This document shows positions 57,235 to 64,000 of a stretch of 64,000 bases of DNA, piece by piece; position 1 is the stretch's first letter; each line of letters starts with the position of its first letter. The stretch lies in the sequence record PP355766.1; one strand, written 5' to 3'. The translations under genes were made by a program, and so were the position numbers. The notes under the pieces are model-generated. The model was given only the letters and a program-made list of their open reading frames with translations, had not been told where the DNA came from and did not search any database.

Positions 57235-57542
57235 GACTTGTACCCACTAGCTTTAATCATGTTCTGAAGAGTTTTAAATCCTTCTTTTATAGCTTCTGAA
57301 ATTTCCTCAAATACTTCCTTTTTCAAAATATACAACGAACCCGCTTGATTGCCAGAAAGAGCTGAAATCACAACTTGGTCATTAATTAAAAACTCGCCAT
57401 ATGCTGAATCAATTTTACCTGAAATTTGATTGCCTCGGGAATGAGGGTCAAATACGAGCTCAATATGAGTTACTCCAGGGATTTCATCAAATTGACAACG
57501 AATATTAACACGTGGATATCCAATTACACTAATTTTAGGCAT
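57222..57542 (-). CDS. Hypothetical protein
   Basis: 106 aa; coupled. Confidence 0.7.
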   Translation of the reverse strand: MPKISVIGYPRVNIRCQFDEIPGVTHIELVFDPHSRGNQISGKIDSAYGEFLINDQVVISALSGNQAGSLYILKKEVFEEISEAIKEGFKTLQNMIKASGYKSCGF

Positions 57543-57624
57543 ATAAAAATAATCCTAATATAACGCCGCTAATAAAAGCGGCAGTAACAGAAATTAACAA
57601 AACTACTAATTCAGCCTCAATCAT
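57535..57624 (-). CDS. 29-aa single-TM peptide
   Basis: MIEAELVVLLISVTAAFISGVILGLFLYA; ATGA-coupled; not in the ORF track. Confidence 0.55.
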   Translation of the reverse strand: MIEAELVVLLISVTAAFISGVILGLFLYA

Positions 57625-57899
57625 TTCTTGGCCTTAGCAAGTTTAAACGCTTTTTTGAATTCTTCAACATCTTCAACAGGAATCCAAAAGCCTGAGCCAT
57701 ACCCATCTTCATAGCACGGGCAGTTATCACAGTAATCATTCCAATAGACAGTTTCGCCACCCATAGTGAATGGAGCTTCCATTTGGCACAGTACTTCTTC
57801 AACACGCTCTAATTCTTCTGGGTTTTTGTCGCAAATGCAGAAATTCCATTTACCACGATATTCAGAACCAAGTTTAATGCTTTGACGTTGAAGTTTCAT
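57621..57899 (-). CDS. frd.1: Frd.1-like protein
   Basis: M.LQRQSIK...RGKW.F...CP.YEDG...GFWI...DVE.FK. Confidence 0.8.
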   Translation of the reverse strand: MKLQRQSIKLGSEYRGKWNFCICDKNPEELERVEEVLCQMEAPFTMGGETVYWNDYCDNCPCYEDGYGSGFWIPVEDVEEFKKAFKLAKAKK

Positions 57900-57926
57900 T
57901 TTTATTCTCCAGTAGATTATGGAGCT

Positions 57927-57956
57927 ATACTATCACAAGCATAGCTCCTTGTAAAC
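57927..57956 (-). promoter_or_regulatory. Early promoter
   Basis: GTTTAC-18 nt-TAGTAT. Confidence 0.75.
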
Positions 57957-58321
57957 TACTTTTTGAAAACTTTTTTGACCAAGTCAATCATTTCTTCTGC
58001 ATTTTCTGGGGTAACGATCAAGTCCAAGCGAGTAGGACCAGGTTTGATTGCACTACCAATTTCATATACTGGTTCGAAGTATTTGAATTCATAATCAGAG
58101 ATTTCAAAGTATGCGTCTCCAAATCCTTCAGCGTCAGCAGTTGTTCCATCTTTAAATTTTACTTCTGTGATGAAACTATTATCTTCGTCGAGCATTTTAG
58201 TAGGAAAGAACGAACCACCATGCTCTTCAATCATCAAGCGCATCCGGCGATTTCCGCTAGATGAAAGGTCCCACTCGGCAGCAAGACTTGGGATAATGCG
58301 ATATTCTGTGTTCAGTTTCAT
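57956..58321 (-). CDS. frd.2: Frd.2-like protein
   Basis: IEEHGG.F...EF.YF...IVT.EN..E.I.L.KK.FKK; position. Confidence 0.65.
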   Translation of the reverse strand: MKLNTEYRIIPSLAAEWDLSSSGNRRMRLMIEEHGGSFFPTKMLDEDNSFITEVKFKDGTTADAEGFGDAYFEISDYEFKYFEPVYEIGSAIKPGPTRLDLIVTPENAEEMIDLVKKVFKK

Positions 58322-58324
58322 AAT

Positions 58325-58546
58325 TTACCCGCTAAAAGTCGTTAATGTATCTTCACGGCATTCATCATCCATGCCAGGAAAATATTCTTGTTCAAGCCAT
58401 AACCATAGAGTAGGAGTATCACCTTCTACCGTGATTTCGTTTCCTCCCCATGGGGCAGATTTGTTACTAACTTCAATCAAACCGTATTTTTCAACGGTTT
58501 CAATGAAGTGTTCATAATCATATATTTCTACAGTAACTTGTGCCAT
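58325..58546 (-). CDS. frd.3: Frd.3-like protein
   Basis: MAQVTVEIYDYE...I..EG...EY..GMD; position. Confidence 0.6.
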   Translation of the reverse strand: MAQVTVEIYDYEHFIETVEKYGLIEVSNKSAPWGGNEITVEGDTPTLWLWLEQEYFPGMDDECREDTLTTFSG

Positions 58547-58563
58547 TATCATTTCCTCAAAGT

Positions 58564-58579
58564 GGGGACCGAAGTCCCC
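58564..58579 (-). terminator. UUCG hairpin
   Basis: GGGGAC-TTCG-GTCCCC on the minus strand. Confidence 0.7.
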
Positions 58580-58587
58580 AACGGTAA

Positions 58588-58839
58588 TTACTCTTTCCAG
58601 TCTTCCATAATCAAATCAATATCTTCCCACTCGTTTGCTTCTAACCAAGCACGAACCGCTTCTTTAGAACCACGGAGGTCAATATTTGGCCAACCGCCAC
58701 CAGGGCCTTCTTTAATAACTAAATCAAAATCAATACCATGGTCAGTGTCATAAAAACGTGAACCATCTTCAAAAATCAAATCAGTACAAAATCCTGATTT
58801 ATTGATGTAAGGTTCTGCCACGATATCAATGTTTAATTT
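58588..58839 (-). pseudogene. Acidic hypothetical protein, start lost at the junction near 58838
   Basis: KLNIDIVAEPYINK...EDWKE; the track's upstream part is antisense nrdA. Confidence 0.55.
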
Positions 58840-60729
58840 ACCGAAGAAATTACTTTGCTTGATTCTTATATTAAGCATGAGCGTGATTTCACTATGACCT
58901 ATGCTGGAACAATGCAGCTTATCGAGAAGTATCTCGTAAAAGACCGTCACACTGGTGAATTGTATGAAACTCCACAGTTTGCCTTTATGCTGATCGGTAT
59001 GTGCTTGCACCAAGATGATGGCGAAAATCGTTTAGCAAACGTTATTCGTTTCTATGATGCAGTTTCTACTAAAAAGATTTCATTGCCAACACCAATTATG
59101 TCTGGTGTTCGTACTCCGACACGTCAGTTTAGTTCATGCGTGGTTATTGAAGGTGGTGATAGTCTTAATTCAATTAACGAAGCTGCTGCATCAATTACGA
59201 AATACATCAGTAAGCGTGCAGGTATTGGTATTAATGCAGGTATGATTCGTGCAGAAGGTTCAAAAATTGGATTCGGTGAAGTCAAACATACTGGAGTTAT
59301 TCCTTTCTGGAAGCACTTCCAAACAGCAGTTAAATCCTGCTCCCAAGGTGGAGTTCGTGGCGGCGCGGCGACACTGTACTATCCAATCTGGCACTTGGAA
59401 GTTGAAAACCTCCTCGTACTTAAGAACAACAAAGGTGTAGATGAAAACCGTATTCGTCATTTAGATTATGGTGTTCAGATTAATAACCTGATGATTGAAC
59501 GCTTGATTAAGAATGATTACATCACTCTGTTTAGTCCCGATGTGTGTCTTGGTACTTTGTACACAGAATACTTCCGTGATGCTCAAGCGTTCCGTACTTT
59601 ATACGAAGAACTGGAAAAGAACCCAGATATAAGAAAGAAACGTATTAAAGCTCGTGAACTGTTTGAGTTGTTCCTTACTGAACGTGCTGGTACTGCTCGA
59701 ATTTACCCGTACATGGTAGATAACGTTGGTGAATATGGTCCTTTTATTCGTGATGTGGCTACGGTTAAGCAATCAAACCTCTGCCTCGAAATTGCGTTAC
59801 CAACTTCGGATGTTGGCCAAGAAGATGGCGAAATCGCGCTCTGTACACTCGCAGCATTCGTGCTCGACAACTTCAACTGGCAAGACCAAGAAGAAGTTAA
59901 CGAAATCGCAGAAGTAATGGTAAGGGCTTTGGATAACCTTTTGGATTACCAAGATTATCCAGTAGACAAAGCGTTAAAAGCTAAAGACCGTCGAGCACTA
60001 GGTGTTGGCATTACTAACTATGCAGCTTGGTTAGCAAGCAACTTTGCTTCATACGCAGATGCTAATGATATTACTCACGAAATGATGGAACGTATTCAAT
60101 ATGCACTCATCAAAGCCTCTGTTAAACTTGCTAGCGAAAAAGGTCCATGCACGCTTTACAAAGAAACACGATACGGACGTGGTGAACTGCCTATTGACTG
60201 GTACAACGAAAGAATTGACCAACTCGCAGCTCCAAACTATGTCTGTGACTGGGAACTCCTGCGAGAAGACCTCAAGCGATACGGTATCCGAAATTCAACG
60301 TTATCTGCGCTTATGCCATGCGAATCGTCTAGCCAGGTATCAAACTCTACCAACGGTATTGAACCACCACGTGGACCAGTGTCAGTTAAAGAATCAAAAG
60401 AAGGAAGCTTCAACCAAGTCGTTCCAAATGTTGAACACAATGCTTCCCTTTATGATTATGCCTGGCAGCTCGCGAAACAGGGTAATAAGCCTTATCTGAA
60501 CCAGGTTCTGATTATGCAGAAATTTGTAGACCAAAGCATCTCTGCTAATACTTATTACGACCCGGCGAATTTCCCTAAAGGCAAAGTTGAAATGTCGGTA
60601 ATGATGGACGACTTGCTTTATTTCTGGTACTTTGGTGGTAAGACTCTTTACTATCATAACACCCGTGATGGTTCCGGTAACGATGATATGATTCAAGACT
60701 CTGCTGACTGCGCGGCCTGTAAGCTTTAA
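58840..60729 (+). pseudogene. nrdA: Class Ia ribonucleotide reductase alpha subunit, lacking the N-terminal ~125 aa (ATP-cone region)
   Basis: TEEITLLDSYIKHERD start, RQFSSC, QSNLC.EI, MPCESSSQVSN, C-terminal CAAC. Confidence 0.93.
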
Positions 60730-60746
60730 TAAAAGGGAATTATAAT
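60720..60746 (+). promoter_or_regulatory. Middle promoter for nrdB
   Basis: TAAGCTTTA, then TATAAT. Confidence 0.6.
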
Positions 60747-60785
60747 TAGACCACGGATGGTTAACACCACAGAATAGGAAATAGA

Positions 60786-61928
60786 ATGAGTACAGTTTTT
60801 AATACCAAGCAAGTAGATATCATGACCGAACCGATGTTCTTTGGTTCTGGTCTAGGAATTGCACGCTATGATATTCAGCGTCATAAAGTATTCGAGGAAC
60901 TCATTGAGAAGCAATTGAGTTTCTTCTGGCGTCCTGAAGAAGTTAACGTTATGATGGACCGTGGTCAGTTTGAAAAACTCCCAGAACACCAACGTAATAT
61001 CTTCACTGATAACTTGAAATACCAATCTCTTCTTGATTCAATTCAAGGACGAGCTCCAGCAGCAGTTTTATCTGCACTTATTTCTGACCCAAGCCTAGAT
61101 ACTTGGAACCAGACTTGGACGTTCAGTGAAACTATTCACAGCCGTTCGTACACGCATATCATGCGTAACCTGTATGTAGACCCAGCTAAAATCTTTGATG
61201 AAATCGTTCTTGACGAAGCAATCATGAAACGCGCTGAGTCAATTGGTGTTTACTATGATGATGTTATAGCGAAGACTCGCGCATGGGAAAACGCAAAAAG
61301 TCGCTGCTTTAATCAAGATAATATCGAAATTAAAGAAGCTAAACGTGATTTAATGAAATCTCTTTATCTTTGCTTACATGTTATTAACGCATTAGAAGCT
61401 ATTCGTTTCTATGTTAGTTTTGCATGTACCTTCAACTTCCATAAAAATATGGAAATCATGGAAGGTAATGCTAAAATCATGAAGTTCATTGCTCGTGATG
61501 AACAACTTCATTTGAAGGGCACACAGTACATTCTGCGTCAACTTCAAACTGGCACTGATGGCGAAGAATGGGTTGAGATTGCTAAAGAGTGTGAACAAGA
61601 AGCAATTAAAATCTTCATGGAAGTTAACCGCCAAGAAAAAGATTGGGCTATTCATCTTTTCCGCAATGGTGGTCTTCCGGGTCTGAATGTTAAAATTCTT
61701 CATGACTTCATTGACTATCTGACTGTATCTCGCATGCGTAGCTGTGGTCTGCCGTGCCCAATCACTGATGCACCAACTCGACATCCTATTCCTTGGATTC
61801 GCGAATATCTTAACTCTGATGCAGTCCAATCTGCTCCTCAGGAAGTTGAGATAAGTTCTTATCTGGTAGCTCAGATTGACAATGATGTCACTGATGATGT
61901 TCTAATTGGATTTAAAAAGTACTTATAA
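60786..61928 (+). CDS. nrdB: Ribonucleotide reductase beta subunit, intron-less
   Basis: FFWRPEEV, LLDSIQGR, SETIHSRSY, LEAIRFYVSF, RDEQLH; 380 aa. Confidence 0.97.
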   Translation: MSTVFNTKQVDIMTEPMFFGSGLGIARYDIQRHKVFEELIEKQLSFFWRPEEVNVMMDRGQFEKLPEHQRNIFTDNLKYQSLLDSIQGRAPAAVLSALISDPSLDTWNQTWTFSETIHSRSYTHIMRNLYVDPAKIFDEIVLDEAIMKRAESIGVYYDDVIAKTRAWENAKSRCFNQDNIEIKEAKRDLMKSLYLCLHVINALEAIRFYVSFACTFNFHKNMEIMEGNAKIMKFIARDEQLHLKGTQYILRQLQTGTDGEEWVEIAKECEQEAIKIFMEVNRQEKDWAIHLFRNGGLPGLNVKILHDFIDYLTVSRMRSCGLPCPITDAPTRHPIPWIREYLNSDAVQSAPQEVEISSYLVAQIDNDVTDDVLIGFKKYL

Positions 61929-61932
61929 GGAA

Positions 61933-61946
61933 AGGGGCTTCGGCCC
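61933..61946 (+). terminator. UUCG terminator
   Basis: GGGGC-TTCG-GCCCC-TCTTT. Confidence 0.8.
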
Positions 61947-61955
61947 CTCTTTATT

Positions 61956-62372
61956 ATGAATGATATTGCTAACGAGTTTTCTTTTATAAAATATGTTCAA
62001 CTTGAGTTAGAACCAGATTTTACTATCAAACCAATTTTGATAGCAAACAAGTTGAATGTAGTTTATGCCATCGCAGTTGATGATGAACTAGTTTACATTG
62101 GTAAGACTAAAAATCTTCGTAAACGTATAAATTATTATAGAACTGCTATTAATCGGAAAGACCAAACCTCTGATTCGGCTAAATCTGCCAAGATTTTTGA
62201 AGCACTAATGGCTGGCAAAAAAGTAGAGTTCTATGCTCGTCAGTGTTTTAATCTTTTGATTAATAATGAACTTGGCGAGATGTCAATATCCACTATGGAC
62301 TTGGAAGAACCGATGTTTATTAAAAAGTTCAATCCTCCATGGAACACACAACATAAGGTAAAGAAATGTTAG
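61956..62372 (+). CDS. denA: Endonuclease II (GIY-YIG, host DNA degradation)
   Basis: VVYAIAVDDELVYIGKTKNLRKRINYY...LEEP.FIK.FNPPWN.QH. Confidence 0.93.
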   Translation: MNDIANEFSFIKYVQLELEPDFTIKPILIANKLNVVYAIAVDDELVYIGKTKNLRKRINYYRTAINRKDQTSDSAKSAKIFEALMAGKKVEFYARQCFNLLINNELGEMSISTMDLEEPMFIKKFNPPWNTQHKVKKC

Positions 62373-62479
62373 AGCTATATAAAAATTTAATGAATCTGTG
62401 TGAAAGCTCAGAAGTTGCAAAATTCTTTTATAAAGATTTTACCGGTCCTATGGATGGTAAGTTCAGAGTGTTTTCATAT
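62366..62479 (+). pseudogene. rnlA: RNA ligase 1, first ~38 codons
   Basis: ELYKNLM.LC...KFFY.D...G..R.FSY matches the T4 RnlA start; cut at the junction. Confidence 0.8.
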
Positions 62480-63746
62480 TTTCACGTACAACTGATTCGT
62501 TATGGGTTCTTGCAAGTTCTACCGAGGATCTGCCCTGACGAATGCTGGATTCAATAGCTTTGATGCGTTCAGCTAATCCGCTTGCATCTACGATTTCATC
62601 CTGCGTTCCATTGACCTCATCAAATTCCTTGAGGTTTTTGCGAGCCTGTTCCAGAGCGTTAAACTTAGAGATATAATCCTTAAACGCCCTATCTTCCTTC
62701 CTAAGTTCTTCAACTTCTGCTTCCAGCTTTTGACGTTCTTTATATAGCGGATCATACTCCTCCTTAGTTCGTCTCATGGCCTCTTGGGCGGCGGAGGTGT
62801 CTAAGTGAGTTCCGCACGCAGAACACTGAGTTTTACCCGCCGCATTTTTGAAATCGTAGTAACGTTTCTTCAAATCATCCGCTCTAGTTGCCACGACCGT
62901 TAGGTTACGCGTAACACTCAGGAGTTCCTCAGATTTCGAGGTGGGCGCAGGTAAATTTTCGAATGGTGCAAAAGTTTTTTCGGCAGCTTGTACGGCCATG
63001 TCCAAAGAGCTACGTTTTGCAATACTGGCTTTTTGCTTCTGAGCCAGCGCTACCTTGACTTTTGCTTCGGTTAATTCTTCGACTAGTGGCTCTTCATCGA
63101 AAACAGGGATTGGGATCTCTGATTGAGGTGCGCCAAGCGAGGCTTTTGAGGAAAGTATAGATTGGGCAGTTCGCAGGCTACCTTCCAACCCGGACAGTTT
63201 TGCCGAGACGGCTTTACGTCCCGCTTTAACACGTTCAGAAACTTCCTTATATTGTTCCTGATCAAACAGGTTAACGAGGAAGGCCTTGCGCTGAGCATCC
63301 GTAGTCTTGAGGAAGTCGAGACTGGATCCAACTGACTGATATACGAGCTTAGTAAATGTCGTAAAATCACAGGCGAGTACCTCTTCTATCAGCTTATACG
63401 TTTGGGTTGCAGTATGACCACTGATATCTTCACCGTTTTTAGTGAGGGTCACTTTGGCGGTTGACTTTACAACTTTCTTAACGTTGTATACATCGCCGTC
63501 TTTCGTGAACTGACCTTCTAGCGTATAGGACTTAGAGCCAGTATGCCAGTTAAATAGGTCGTCCTTCTTGATACCGCGTGAGTTCTTATTATAAAGAAGC
63601 TCCTCTAGAGCTGTACCAATTGTTGATTTACCCAGCCCGTTACGCCCGATTAACTGAGTTACGCGGTGATTATCAAACTCGATCACCACGTTCTCAGCAT
63701 ACGACATAAAATGGCTGATTGTCAATTTATTAATTACTATCGACAT
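62478..63746 (-). pseudogene. D13: T5-like D13 recombination nuclease ATPase subunit (SbcC/Rad50-like), C-terminus cut at the junction
   Basis: TQLIG.NGLGKSTI Walker A, LYNKNSRGIKKD, TLTKNGEDISGHTATQTYK, CSACG hook; matches my recall of T5 D13, not T4 gp46. Confidence 0.85.
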
Positions 63747-64000
63747 ACTCAGCGGCTCTCTTTAATATGCGAGTTCTAGACGCTTCGTCTAGTTTCTGCA
63801 CGTTTGTGAAGTAAGTATCCAGCTCCTGTAGCAGTGACATATCGTCTAGATCTAACTTAGCATCTTTGGTGACACGGTTATTGATCTTCTTATCTAACAG
63901 TTCGCTGTTCTTTAACGTTTTGAGTTGTGATACGTCGCCGGTGACTTCGTATATAACTCTGTCATACGCATCGGCTTCCATTGGCTCGCCGACTTCAATA
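63730..64000 (-). CDS. D12: T5-like D12 nuclease subunit (SbcD/Mre11-like), C-terminal part; continues beyond the window
   Basis: YDRVIYEVTGDV..L..L.NSELLDKKI...LDL; stop overlaps the D13 start as in the T5 D12-D13 pair. Confidence 0.7.
   Translation of the reverse strand, partial: IEVGEPMEADAYDRVIYEVTGDVSQLKTLKNSELLDKKINNRVTKDAKLDLDDMSLLQELDTYFTNVQKLDEASRTRILKRAAEYVDSN

Noticed and set aside
61956-62372. GIY-YIG protein as a mobile homing endonuclease
   Set aside because: Sequence and position match DenA (endonuclease II), a core gene; there is no extra DNA-binding domain.

Overview
The window is almost entirely T4-like (Tevenvirinae) phage DNA, but it is not one contiguous genome segment. 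I resolve 14 blocks joined end to end without spacers. Genes are cut at almost every junction (gp15/gp16, gp23/ndd, topoisomerase, gp36, rnh, rI.1/a-gt, gp38-like/regA, gp46, beta-alpha-gt, nrdA, rnlA). Block orientation flips relative to the T4 map. The lengths of the 12 complete blocks fall almost monotonically (about 8.8, 6.0, 5.55, 5.47, 5.3, 4.14, 4.14, 4.08, 3.87, 3.74, 3.67, 3.64 kb). The last block (about 62479-64000) encodes T5-like D12/D13 recombination nuclease genes from a different phage. The simplest reading is that length-sorted contigs from a mixed phage assembly were concatenated, so junction-spanning 'novel' ORFs and gene neighbourhoods across junctions should not be trusted. 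Inside the blocks the content is typical of a T-even-like phage with glucosylated hmC: head, neck and tail genes, long tail fibre, replisome parts, MotA/AsiA/gp55, DenA/DenB, nucleotide metabolism and many small early ORFs, with clear early, middle and late promoters and UUCG hairpins. Homology calls come from my recall of T4/T6/T5 proteins, not from a database search. I found no well-supported new biological system. The best within-block leads are listed as findings.
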